From: the human T2T-CHM13v2.0 reference genome, Homo sapiens
Direction of reading: 5' to 3'
Length of the DNA: 64,000 nt
Assembly: GCA_009914755.4 (NCBI GenBank)
Contig: CP068257.2
Location: forward strand, 13,792,001 to 13,856,000
The translations under genes were made by a program, and so were the position numbers. The notes beneath the pieces are model-generated. The model did not search any database and was not told the origin of the DNA. It saw nothing but the letters and a program-made list of their open reading frames with translations. Within the stretch, counting starts at the first letter, position 1, and each line of letters begins with the position of its first letter. Below, one piece after another: positions 13,296-25,974 of the stretch.

Positions 13296-16200
13296 TATTT
13301 ATTTTAAGTTCTGGGATTCATGTGCAGGACCTGCAGGTTTGTTACATAGGTAAATGTGTGCCATGGTGGTTTGCTCCACCTATCAACCCATCACCCAGAT
13401 ATTAAGCCCAGCATGTATTAGATATTTTTCCTGATGCTCTCCCTCCCCCATCCCTCCTCAACAGGCCCCAGTGTATGTTGTTCTCTATATGTCCATGTGT
13501 TCTCATTGTTCAGCTCCCACTTATAAATGAGAACATGTGGTGCTTCGGTGCTTGGTTTTCTGTTCCTGCATTAGCTTGCTGAAGATAATGGCTTCCAGCT
13601 CCATCTATGTCCCTGCAAAGGACATGGTCTCCCTCCTTTTTATGGCTGCATAGTATTCCATGGTGTATATGTACAACATTTTCTTTATCCAGTCTATCAT
13701 TGACATACATTTGGGTTGATTCCATGTCTTTGCTATTGTGAATAGTGCTGCAATGAACATAAGCATACATGCGTCTTTATAATAGAATGATTTATATTCC
13801 TTTGGGTATATACCCAGTAATGGGATTGTTGGGTCAAATAATATTTCTGGTTCTAGATTCTTGAGGAATCACCACACTGTCTTCCACAATGGTTGAGCTA
13901 ATTTACATTCCCACCAACAGTGTGAAAGTGTTTCTATTTCTCCACAGCCTTGCCAGTATCTGTTGTTTCTTCACTTTTTAATAATCACCATTCTGACTGG
14001 CATGAGGTGGTATCTCATTGTGGTTTTGATTTGCATTTCTCTAGTGATCAGTGATGTTCAGCTTTTTTTTTCATATGTTTGTGGACCACATAAATATCTT
14101 ATTTTGAGAAGTGTTTGTTCATGTCCTTTGCCCACTTTTTGATGGATTTGTTTGTTTTTTCTTGTAAATTTGTTTAAGTTTCTTGTAGATTCTGGATACT
14201 AGACCTACATCAAATGAATAGATTGCAAAAGTTTTCTCCCATTCTGTAGGTTGTCTGTTCACTCTGATGACAGTTTTGTTGTTGGTGTTGTGCAAAGCTC
14301 TTCAGTTTAATTAGATCCCATTTGTCAATTTTTGCTTTTGTTTGCAATTGCTTTTGACATTTTCATCATGAAATCTTTGCCCATGCCTATGCCCTGATTG
14401 ATATAGCCTGGATTTTCTTCTAGGGTTTTTATAGTTTGGGGTTTTACATTTAAGTCTTTAATGCATTTTGACTTGATTTTTGTATAAGACGTAAGGAAGG
14501 GATCCAGTTTCCATTTTCTGCATATGACTAGCATCCCAGCTTCATTTATTAAGTAGGCAATCCTTTCCCCATTGCTTGCTTTTGTCAGGTTCACCAAAGC
14601 TCAGATGGTTGTAGACACACAGTATTATTTCTGAGTTCTTTATTCTGTTGCATTGCTCTATGTTTCTGTTTTTGTGCCAGTACCATGCTGTTTTGGTTAA
14701 CGCGGCCTTGTAGTGTAGTTGAAGTCAGTTAGCATGATGCTTCCAGCTTTTTTCTTTTTGATTAGGATTGTCTTGGCTATACAGGCTCTTTTTGGTGCCA
14801 TATGAATTTTAAAGTAGTTTTTTTCTAATTCTGTGAAAAATGTTGATGGTAATTTAATAGGAATAGCATTGAATCTATAAATTACTTTGGGCAGTATAGT
14901 CATTTTCATGATATTGATTATTCCTATTTACGAACATGGAATGTTTTTCCATTTGTTTGTGTCCTCTCTGATGTCCTTGAGCAGTGGTTTGTAGCTCTCC
15001 TTGAAGCGGTCCTTCACTTCTGCTGTTAGCTATATTCCTAGGTATTTTGTTTTCTTTATAGCAATTGTAAATGGGAATTCATGCATGATTTGGCTTTCTG
15101 CTGGTCTATTGTTGGTGTATAGGAATGTTTATAATTTTTACACATTGATTTTGTATCTTGAGACTTTGCTGAAGTGGCTTATCAACTTTAGAAGCTTTTG
15201 GGCAGAGACAATGGGGTTTTCTAGATATAGGATCATGTCATCTGCAAACAGAGACAGTTTGACTTCTACTCTTTCTATTTGAATACTTTTTATTTCTTTC
15301 TCTTGCCTGATTGCCCTGGCCAGAACTTCCAATACTATGTTGAATTGGAGTGTTGAGATAGGGCATCCTTGTCTTGTGCTGATTTTGCTTCCAGCTCTTG
15401 CCCACTCCGTATAATATTGGCTGTGGGTTTGTCATAAATACCTCTTATTATTTTGAGGTATGTTCCATCAATACCTAGTTTATGGAGAGTTTTTAACATG
15501 AAGGAATGCTGAATTTTTTTGAAGGCCTTTTCTGTGTATATTGAGATAATCATGAAGTTTTTGTCTTTAGCTCTGTTTATGTCATGAATCGTTTATTGAT
15601 TTGTGTATATTTAACCAGCCTTGCATCCCAGGGATGAAGCCAACTTGATTGTGGTGGCTAAGCTTTTTGATGTGCTGCTGAATTTGGTTTGCCAGTATTT
15701 TACTGAGGATTTTTGCAGTGATGTTCATCAGTGATATTGGCCTGAAGTTTTCTTTTTTTGTTATATCTCTGCCAGGTTGTGGTATCAGGATGATGCTGGC
15801 CTCATAAAATGAGTTAGGGAGAAGTCTCTAAAACTTTGGAATAGTTTTAGAAGTCTCAAAACTTTGGAATAGTTTTAGAAGAAATGGTACCAGCTCCTCT
15901 TTTTACCTCTGGTAGAATTCAGCTGTAAATCCATCTGGTCTTGGGCTTTCTTTTGGTTGGTATGCTTTATTACTGTCTCAGTTTCAGAATTTGTTATTTG
16001 TCTATTCATGAATTTAACTCTTTCCTTGTTCGGTCTTGTGAGGGTGCATGTGTCCAGGAACTTACTCATTTCTTCTAGATTTTCTAGTTTGTTTGCATAA
16101 AGGTGTTTGTAGTATTCTCTGATGTTTGCTTGTATTTCTGTGGGGTCCATGGTGATATCCCCTTTATCTCTTTTATAGTGTATATTTGATTCTTCTCTCT

Positions 16201-18188
16201 TTTCTTCTTTGCTAGTCCATCTAGTGATCTGTGTATTTCATTAATTTTTTCAGAAAACCAGCTTCTGGATTTATTGATTTTTTTGAAAGGTTCTTCTTGT
16301 CTCTATCTCCTTCAGTTCTGCTCTGATCTTGGTTATTTCTTGTCTTATGCTAGCTTTGAGGTTTGTTTGCTCTTGGTTCTCTAGTTATTTTAGTTGTGAT
16401 GTTAGGATGTCAATTTGAGATCTCTCTAGATTTTTTATGTGGACATTTAGTGCTATAAATTTCCCTCTTCACACTACTTTAGCAATGTTCCAGATATTCT
16501 GGTATATTGTCTCTGTGTTCCCATTGCTTTCAAAAAACTTCTTGATTTCTGCCTTAATTTCATTATTTACCCAGGAGTAACTCAGGACCAGGTTGTTCGG
16601 TTTTCATGTAGTTGTGTGATTTTGAGTGAGTTTCTTAATCTTGAGTTCAAATTTGATTGCACGGTGGTCTGAGAGACCGCTTGTTTTGATTTTAGTTCTT
16701 TTGCACTTGCTGAGGAGTGTTTTACTTCCAATTATGTGACTGATTTTAGATTAAGTGCCATGTGGCACCAGTAAAAATGTATATTCTGTTTTTTGGGGGG
16801 TGGAGAGTTATGTAGATATCTATCAGACTGACTTGATCCAGAGCTGAGTTGAAGTCCTGAATATCTTTGTTAATTTTCTGTCTCAATGATCTGTCAAACA
16901 TTAACAGTGAGGTGTTAAACTCTCTCACTATTATTGTGTGGGAGTGTAAGTTTCTTTGTAGGTCTCCAAGAACTTGTTTTATGAATCTGGGTGCTCCTGT
17001 GCTGGGCACATATATATTTAGGATAGTTAGCTCTTCTTGTTGAATTGAAACCTTTATCATGTAATGCCTTTCTTTGTCTTATTTGATCTTTGTTCATTTA
17101 AAGTCTGTTTTGTCAGAAACTAGGATTGCAACTCCTGCTTTTTCTGCTCTCCATTTGCTTGGTAGATTTTCCTCCATCCCTTTATTTTGAGCCTATGTGT
17201 GTTTTTGCATGTGAGATGGCTCTCTTGAATATAGCACACCAATGGGTCTTGACTCCTTATCCAGCTTGCCACTCTGTGTCTTTTAATTGGGGCATTTATC
17301 CTATTTACACTTAAGGTTAATATTGTTATGTGTGAATTTGATCCTGTAATCATGATGCTAGGGGTTATTTTGCAGACTTGTTGATGTAGTTGCTTCATAG
17401 TGTCATTAGTCTGTGTACTTCAGTGTGTTTTTGTAGTGTCTGGTAACAGTTTGTTCTTTCCATATTTAGTGTTTCCTTCAGAAGCTCCTGCAAGGCAGGC
17501 CTGGTGGTAATGAATTTCCTCAGCATTTGCTTGTCTGAAAAGGATTTTATTTCTCCTTCACTTACGAAGCTTAATTTGGCCAGATATGACATTCTGAGTT
17601 GGAAATTTTTTCTTTAAGAATGTTGAATATTGACCCCCCAATCTTTTCTGGCTTGCAGGGTTTATGCTGAGAGGTCTGCTATGATTCTGATGGGCTTCCC
17701 TTTGTAGGTGACCTGATCTTTCACTCTGGCTTCCCTTAACATTTTTTCCTTCATGTTTACCTTGAAGAATGTGATGATTATGTGTTTGGGGGTTGATCTT
17801 CTCATGGAGTATGTTACTGGGGTTCTCTGGATTTCCTGAATTTGAATGTTGGCCTGTATTTCTAGGTTGGGAAAGTTCTCCTGGATGATATCCTGAAGTA
17901 TGTTTTCCAACTTGGTTCCTCCGTTCTCCCCGTCTCTTTCAGGTACCCCCATCAGTCATAGGTTTAGTCTTTTTACATAATCCTATAGTTCTGGGAGGTT
18001 TTGTTTGTTCCTTTGCATTCTTTTTTCTCTAATCTTGTCTGCCTGTCTTCATTTCAGCAAGATTGTCTTCAAGCTCTGAAATTCTTTCCTCTGCTTGGTC
18101 TATTCGGCTATTGATACTTACAGTTGCATTGTGAAGTTCTCGTGTTGTGTTTTTCAGCTCCATCAGGTCATGTATGCTCCTCTCCATG

Positions 18189-18590
18189 ATGGTTAGTACT
18201 GAGTGTCAACTTGATTGGATTGAAGGATGCAAAGTATTGATCCTGGGTGTGTCTGTGAGAGTGTTGCCAAAGGAGATTAACATTTGAGTTAGTGGGCTGG
18301 AGAAGGCAGACCCACCCTTAATCTGGTGAGCACAATCTAATCAGCTGCCGGTGAATATAAAGCACGCAGAAAAACGTGAAAAGGCAAGGCTTGCCTAGCT
18401 CCCAGCCTACATCTGTCTCTTGTGCTGGATGCTTCCTGCCCTCAAACATCAGACTTCAAGTTCTTTAGTTTTGGGACTTGGACTGGCTCTTCTTGCTCCT
18501 CAAGCTTGCAGATAGCCTATTGTGGGACCTTGTGATCATGTAAGTTAATACTTAATAAACTCCCCTATATATATCCTATAATATCATATA
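18189..18590 (+). mobile_element. MaLR solo LTR (MLT1/MST-like) inserted within ORF1 of the full-length L1
   Basis: It starts 'tgatggttagtactgagtgtcaacttgattggattgaaggatgc', and 'TGTCAACTTGACTGGATTGAAGGATGC' is how I recall the MLT1 consensus start. It contains 'gcagacccacccttaatctggtgagcacaatctaatcagctgcc' and ends 'ttaataaactcccct'. After the microsatellite comes 'cctattagttctgtccctctagggaaccctaataca'. The L1 sequence 'cagctccatcaggtcat...cctctc' resumes with 'tctctaaactggttattctg', which indicates an insertion with a short 'tctc' TSD. Confidence 0.55.
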
Positions 18591-18660
18591 TATAATCCTA
18601 TTACGTAATATATATATGTGTATATATATGTGTGTGTGTGTGTATATATATATATATCCT
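18575..18660. repeat. (TA)n/(TG)n compound microsatellite inside the nested LTR
   Basis: Read directly: 'atatatataatcctattacgtaatatatatatgtgtatatatatgtgtgtgtgtgtgtatatatatatat'. Confidence 0.85.
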
Positions 18661-20276
18661 ATTAGTTCTGTCCCTCTAGGGAACCCTAATACACTCTCTA
18701 AACTGGTTATTCTGATTAGCAACTCCTGTAATTTTTATCACGGTTCTTATCTTCTTTACATTGGGTTAGAACATGCTCCTTTAGCTCAGCAAAGTTCATT
18801 ATTACCCACCTTCTGAAGCCTACTTCTGTCAGTTCATCCATTTCAGCCTCATCCCAGTTCTATGCCCTCGCTGGAGAGGTGCTATGATCACTTGGAGGAG
18901 AGAGGCACTCTGGCTTTTAGAGTTTTCAGGATTTTTTTTGTTGATTTTTTTCTCATCTTCACGAGTTTAGCTTTAATCTTTGAGGCTGCTGACCTTTGGA
19001 TGGATTTTTTATGAGGACATTTTGTTGATACTGTTATTATTGCTTTCTGTTTGTTTTTCTTTTAACAGCCAGGCACTCTTCTGTCATGCTGCTGCCATTT
19101 GCTGGGGGTCCATTCCATACCCTATTCGCTTGGCTCCCTCCCATCATTCCTGGAGATGTCACCAGTGGAGGCAGAATAGCAAAGATGGCTGCCTGCTCCT
19201 TCATCTGGGAGCTCTGTCCCAGAGGGGCACCAAGCTGATGCCAGCGAGAACACTCCTGTATAAGGTGTCTGGTGACTCCTTTTGGGGGATCTCGCCCAGT
19301 CAGGAGGCATGGGATCAGGGACCCACTTAACGAAGCAGTTTGGCTGCCTCTTGGTGGAGGAGGTGCGCTGCACTGGGGGGATCTCCCTCTCGTCCAGACT
19401 GCCTGGATTCCTCAGAGTCAGCAGGGGAAAAGAATAAGTTCACTGATCCGCAGAGACTGTGGCCACCCCTCCCGCAGGGGCTCTGTGCCAGGGAGATCAG
19501 AGTTCTGTCCATAAACCCCTGGCTGGAGTTTTTGAAATTCTCACAGGGAGGCCCTGCCTGATGACGAGGGATGGTTCAAGGTCCAGCCTAAAGAGGCCGT
19601 GTTGCCACAATCTGCCACAACAACTGTGCTGCACTGTGGGGAATTCCTCCTGGGTCCAAACCCCACCCCAGCAGGGGAAAATGGCAGACTGGAGCTGCAG
19701 TGATGGCAGCCACCCCACCCCCTCATAGCTCAGTCGTCTTAGGCACCAGGCAGCAGCAGTGATGGTGACCACACCCCCGCCCCCAACCCTGGGGAGCTCA
19801 GTAGTCTTAGGCAGCAGGCAGCCGAAGTGATGGCGACCGCCTATGCCCCTGGGAGCTCAGTCATCTTAGGTAGTCTCCAGCCAAGCAACCATTGAGAATC
19901 TGAACAGCTCTGTTTTTGGGACGCAAGGTCCTGGTGGCGTGGGCTCATGATGGGATCTCCTGATCCGTGGGTTGCACAGATCCATGGAAAAAGTGTGGTT
20001 TCCCAGGCAGGGTAGCACAATCACTCACTGTCTGCCTTAGCTGGGGGTGAGAGCTCTCCTTGCTCCATGTGGCCGGGTGGGCCGTCGCTCCACACTGCTT
20101 TTCCTGGCTCTTCATGGGATACGCCAACTGCCTAGTCAGTCCCAATGAGAGAAACAGGATACCTCAGTTGCCTCAGTTGTCAGTGCAGGATTCACTTGTT
20201 TTTGTTCTTCTTGGTGGAAGCCCCTAACCACAGTTGTTTCTAGTTGGCCATTTTAGTCCCTCCTCATTTTTAAAAA

Positions 20277-21290
20277 GGAGTTGTTTGTCTTTTGTTGTTG
20301 AGTTAAAAGAGTTCTTTATAAATTCTGCCTATAGGCTCTTATTAGATACATGATTTGCGAATATCTGCTCCCATTTTGTAGGTTGTATTGTCACTCTTTG
20401 TAGTGTGCTCTGATGCATAAAGGGATTTTCAGTTTTGATGAAGTCTAATTTATTTATTTTTTTTGCTTTTGTTGTTTGTGCTTTCAATGTCGTATCTAAC
20501 AATGCATTGTTAAGCCTAAGATTATGACGATTAACCTTCTAAGGTTTTAAGAGTTTTGTAGTTTTTATTCTATTTAGGTCATTAATCAGCTTTGAGTTAA
20601 TATTTATATATATGAAATCAAGGAACAGCTTTATTCTTTGGTATGTAGATATCTGGTTGTCCCAACACAGTTTATTGAAGAAACTATATTTCCCCATTAA
20701 ATGGTTTTGACACCCTTATTGAAAAGTAATTGTGCATAGATGTATATGTTTATTTCTGGACTCCCAATTTCATTCCATTAGTCTATGTGTTTACCCTTGT
20801 TCCCCTGCTGTAATGTTTTGATTATTCAAGCTTTGTAATAAGTTTTAAAATCAAGAAATGTAAGTTCTCTTTGTTCTTCTTTTTTTATTATTTTGGTTAT
20901 CCAGGGCCCTTTACAATTTCATTAGCATTTTTTTCAGCAAAAAAAAAAAATCATTGGGACTTTGATAAGGATTGTACTGAATCTGTAGATTATTTTAAGT
21001 AGTATTGCCAACTTAACAATATTGTCTTTTAATCCATCAACACACGATGACTTTCCATTTATTTATGTCTTCTTTAATTTGTTGCCACAATATCTTATAG
21101 TTTTCAGCATACAAGTCTTGTATCTTCTTTGTTAAATTTATCACTTAGTGTTTTATAATATTTAACACTTTTCTAAAAAGAATTTATTTTTAATTTTATT
21201 TCTGAATTCTTTATTGTTAGTATACAGAAATACAACTGATTTTTGTGTGTTGATTTTTTATCCTGCAACTTTGCTAAGTGTATTAGTTTA
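20277..21290 (-). mobile_element. Old L1 ORF2 region, antisense, part 3 (the same old L1 as 12050-13295, split by the full-length L1 insertion)
   Basis: 'ggagttgtttgtcttttgttgttgagttaaaagagttctttataaattctgcc...tgatttgcgaatatctgctcccattttgtaggttg...ttgtatcctgcaactttgctaa' is the antisense L1M ORF2. It is contiguous with the sequence at 13284-13295. Confidence 0.7.
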
Positions 21291-24200
21291 CATTTGCTTT
21301 TGGTTTTTATTTTTTCTCTTCATCAGGACAAAGAACAATCCAATTTTCTTTGATGATAACCTTTACAAGAGATACTTATTTGGTTGTATTTTGTTTCTCG
21401 CTAACCATTTAAATGAGCAAACTTTTGGAATCCCAGCTTTATTTGAAGTTCTAACCCAGTTCTCTTTCTTTGAGGGCCTTAGGTTTTATCTCTTCCTAAC
21501 ACATGTAGTTCATTAATATCAAAGCTCCTGTTCAGATAATTCTGGAAATTACCTGTAGTTCAGCTAGCACTCTTTGCACTGGACTCATGTTTTGGCTTAG
21601 CTTGAACTTTCTTGCCAACTCAGCAATATAAGCATGGCTGTGTTTTGCACATACGTGTGTATTTTCTTCAATATGTTAAATGTTTCTCAATAGATTAGTT
21701 TTAGAGGACGTGTGTCCCACGTTCAGAAAGGAAAGTCTCTTATAGAGGGTATTTATGGGAATTAAGAGAGACCATATATACAAAAAGCCTAAGATGAGCC
21801 TCATTACACCAATAATCATCTGATGTCATTTTACTTTTGTGTATATTGTTACAAATGTGCAAGGATGCCCAATAATGTATCACTGCTTATTGTAACTGGG
21901 AAATATGAGTAACTTGAAACTGCTAGTGTAGGAAACAATATAAGCATGCATTCCTGCTTGAGATGCATGATTTCACTTAAAGCAGCCCCTCAAACCTCAC
22001 TGCAACACTGCTCACCTTCATAAAATGGCTCGCTAACAGGATGACTAGAGCAGTGATAAGAACATTGTATTATTTTTGGTGCATCTTTTCAAAATGATCA
22101 CTCCGGTTTACCATTTTCAATTTACATATTTTACTGTTGTCCATTAATTAGTGTTGAAGCAAAATCAACTAGAAGTTACCTAAAGCCAAGTTCAAGTACA
22201 TTACTGTCCTGGATTCTTACAGGTAAAAGCATGGCAGCTCTTAAACAAGAGCAGAATTAAGTTCTAAGGAAACCCCCCACAGAATGTCCATTCAATGGGA
22301 AAGCTTAGCCTGAACCAACACAATGGAAGTCCAAGACAGATGTAATTTCATCATGAAAATGATTAAAGCAGGACTTAAAGTGAATTGAACCTGTATTCTG
22401 AAAAGTAAAGACTCTGTTGAATCAGACTGCAGATACCATTACTTATTGATCCAGCCCATGAATTGATTATCTTCTTTCTCTTTAACCCTGACTTCTATCT
22501 ACTGAAAGCCTGAGAAAGATTTTTCTATAGTTAAAATGCTTTTCATTCAGCATAACTAGCTATTTCACTGTTTATCTACGTACTTTATATAGTAATTTTT
22601 AAATGTGTCAAGATATATTTAGCAAACATATCAATTAGATTACAATGCTGAGTAAAGCAATTTTATTTGATGTTTGATAAAATGCTCAGATAAGCAATCA
22701 CACTCTTTTAAAAAGCAAATTTTAGGCATAAACTTGTTCTGTCCTCTTACTAGTTTTTTTTTTTTTTTTTTTTTCACACTAGCTAGCAACACATGCCATT
22801 GTGTGCTTTTGGATTTGACACATTTGGGGCTTTCTTTTGCTTTCAAAATAAGTCTTGTTATTACTACAGTTTGGGTCAGGCTTATTGTACATGAATGCAA
22901 TAGTTATATCATTATATTATAAGCAGCTAATTGTACTGGTTGTACTAATGAATTATTCATGGCATAATCACATAAATTCACTTCATGCTGATGCTTTATT
23001 TTGCATACTAATTTGAACATAGTGCATTTTTCACATTTTGATCTAGAGATGATCTCAGATAATGACCTGTTTGTGGATATGGGGGTTTACATTGACCTTA
23101 ATATTTTTCTTTTCTCTAAACATTGCTCCATAATGTGTACATTTCATCAGGGTGGTATAGGTCATTCAGAATCAGGGCCCTGCTAATAATTTCTTTTAAG
23201 GCCCTCTAATTATTGCTCATTAACAGAATTTCCAAGATAATCTTTCCAACACAGAGCATTGTGTTACCAGGGTCTTCCAAATAGTAGATGTTGTGCCTAT
23301 TTTCTTCTCCTTCTAACTCATACTTCCCAAACTAATCCTCTCCCTTTTCTTGCCCAATCTCTGGAATTTTCATTGAATTACTCTTTTCTAACTTACACCT
23401 TATCCGTTCATGCCAACAAATCCCCTATAGATAAGCCTAAAGTTTTATATGTGGAGAAATGACACCATTGGCCAGTGGCTGGGTAACCTAATGGTCTCCC
23501 TGACTCAACTTTCTCACTTCAAGCCCTCATATAGTTTTCAGATTAGTTCTTCTATAGCCACTAATTAAGGCATGTGCTTCCACTGCAACAGAATCTTCTA
23601 TGGTTTATTACTCTTTACCCACATTAAAACATCTCTGTTTAGCTTTCAAATCCTCCCTAAAGCATCCACCCTTCTAGTGATCTTATTTCATTTCTCCCTC
23701 CAGTGACACCAGTTTACTTATTGCTCTATAAACACAGAAAGTTTATACCACTACCTACACCTTTGTTTATCTCCTATCTGCAAATTCCTGTTTACTTTCA
23801 CCTATGACATTTTCTCAAGACTCAGTACAAGTGCCATTTAGTTTGTAAAGCCTTCTTGGACTATCACAATCATTAGTGATATTCCCTAATTCCCTTTACC
23901 ACTTGCCAATGCTTCAGTCACTTCATTATACACTTCTTTATATTTTGTGTTTAGTCTTGTCTCATGTGTTTTAATTTTACCTTCCCAATAGGATTATAAT
24001 TTTTTTGAAAGTCTGAACCATACTGTATATAATCTATTTATCCCTTTGTAGGGTTGATAAGCTTCTTATTGTCTAGCAAAATCTAACATGTCTTAAGTGC
24101 TAATAATCATTTATTTTATTTGACTCATTATTAATGCCTGACATGGCAGGTGTTGACATGTACGTAATAGCATTAAAGAGGGTCCAAAGGACCAAGCTAT

Positions 24201-24689
24201 ATTTCATGTTGTGGGTGGTACTTTAAGCAAATATATTTATCATAAAATGGAATAGCAATTTTTCTTTCTGAAAGTCTGAAGCTGAAAAATTATTTGACCT
24301 ATCTCTCCTGAATTGGAAATATCTAACATCAACCTTTAGGATGAGAGGATCATTTGGCTGCGCTATCTGGTATCCATTTGATTTCTGGGTGGAATTAGTT
24401 CATCTGGCTTGCTGGCCAGGTGTCCTATTCATTCCTGGATGCTGAAATCATGAAAAAAAATTGAGAAGATGAGCATCCCATTTGGAGAAGAAGGAACATT
24501 CTACAGTCAAGAATATAAAAGGAGCTCCACCTTCTCTCTACCATATTTTAGGAAACAATAGCAAAAATCAGTATTTCTACACACTAAAAGTAGTGTCTAT
24601 GCCTAACTATTATACAGATTTGCAAGGTTTTTATTTTTAAATCCTTGGATTTCATTGCCTTAAATTAACGAAAAGATGATTTTAAAATA

Positions 24690-24848
24690 GTGAAGTTTCC
24701 TTGGAGATATGCAAGAGCTAGACTGCAAATTCCATCCAGGGAAATGAGAGATCATGTCTACCTTATTTCTAATGTGTCCCCAGAGGACAGCACAGTGTCT
24801 AGCATCTAGCAGATGTTCAGTAAATGTTCCTGGATATGTCAATGAATA
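24690..24848 (+). mobile_element. MIR SINE 3' fragment
   Basis: 'cagcacagtgtctagcatctagcagatgttcagtaaatgttcctggatatgtcaatgaataaa' resembles the MIR 3' end ('cacagtgcctggcacatagtaggcgctcaataaatgtttgttgaatgaatgaa'). Confidence 0.4.
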
Positions 24849-25974
24849 AACATATGAGATGATAAGTGTTCATAATAAGTCCAAGCATTGTGGACTCCAC
24901 CTACCAGTTAAGTACAAAGATAGTCTCATGGATGTTAATATCCTACATTTATTGTTCCTAAACTATCCTTCTGTTTAACTGTAGGAAGTCAAGTGTTTTG
25001 TAGCTTCCCTACCCAAGTATTCTAACATCTCCAGGGGCACTTGTTAGTTTTTATTGCTTGCTGCTAGGGCTAGCAACCCAGAACTCTCCAATCTTTGGCC
25101 CTTGGATTCATGGAAAAACTGTTCCAAGGTTAAAATATTGTTTTCCTAGCCACTGCCGTTATGGCCACAAGGGGAATCTCGCATGCAACATGCCAGTGAA
25201 ACTGGGCCTGTGCCTCTGTCATGAAGGTGGAGGGTAATTGGGTGGTAGAAAGGATACCCATTCTACATTAGGCTTAGCTAGTGCTTCTAATGGCAATTTC
25301 GGTTGAGTCTCAAGGATTAGGCATCCAGTACTTCACACACTCACTCACCCCCATAGAGAATGAGCCAGGATCCTAAAGTTCCAGGCCTAAAGGTCAAGGC
25401 CTCTTCCAGGCTGAGACTCTCCTCTCATTGCTATCCTTCCCGCCTGCACCACATGGGGTCTCTTGCATTTTTCCATGTCGCTGAAATCAGAACTAGCACT
25501 GCCTAAAATGCAAGATATTTCTTCTCCTGGAAAATCTGCCATGCTTAGAATGTAATTCACGGATAAAACCCTCACTGCCACCTATGCAAAGTGAGAGAAA
25601 CAGTGTTCCTTCTCCAGTATACTCAGCCAGGGCTCCTAGAACAAAGCTTCTTCAGTTCCAAATGTTATCATGTTTTCTTTGATGGATCATTCAACTAACA
25701 GGTTGTTTGGTCCTGTTGAAATAAGGTTGTTTGGTCCACTTCCTGTAATCAGCTGGCAAACTATACCCACATCCATTAACCCCCTCCCCACTCAGGACCT
25801 ACTGCTGACTCCAGACCACTGGATTATGCCACCCCTTTTCTTTGATGAGTTCCTTCTCATTGTTCCCTTTCCTTTGTCCTCTGAGATCACTCTCTGCCAC
25901 CTCCAAAACATCAGATATGGCTGAACCTTTCTGGTGAGTGGGTTGAAGTCTTTCCTTTCTTCTCTTAGATCCTA

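Larger units (their letters stand above)
13296..20276 (-). mobile_element. Full-length L1 (older L1PA/L1PB-like), antisense, carrying a nested MaLR LTR and microsatellite at 18189-18660; ORFs disrupted
   Basis: The 3' end appears as a poly-T run at about 13291-13309, followed by the reverse complement of the L1 3' UTR and ORF2 ('ctgggattcatgtgcaggacctgcaggtttgttacataggt...gggattgttgggtcaaat'). The ORF1 and ORF2 reverse complements run throughout. The 5' UTR carries roughly 66-bp tandem units at about 19690-19880. The 5' terminus 'ccacagttgtttctagttggccattttagtccctcctc' is the reverse complement of 'GGAGGAGCCAAGATGGCCGAATAGGAACAGCTCC'. A 13- to 16-bp TSD reads 'agttgtttgcttg' on the left (13283-13295) and 'agttgtttgtcttttg' on the right (20279-20294). 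The longest antisense ORFs are about 100 aa. Confidence 0.85.

Noticed and set aside
15803-15880. A 26-bp tandem duplication ('aaactttggaatagttttagaagtct' x2) inside the L1
   Set aside because: It is a real, small slippage duplication within a dead L1 with no further significance.
19122-19772. A cluster of overlapping 60-116-aa ORFs on both strands, GC-rich
   Set aside because: They lie in the GC- and CpG-richer 5' UTR/ORF1 region of the full-length antisense L1. The overlapping ORFs reflect composition, not genes.
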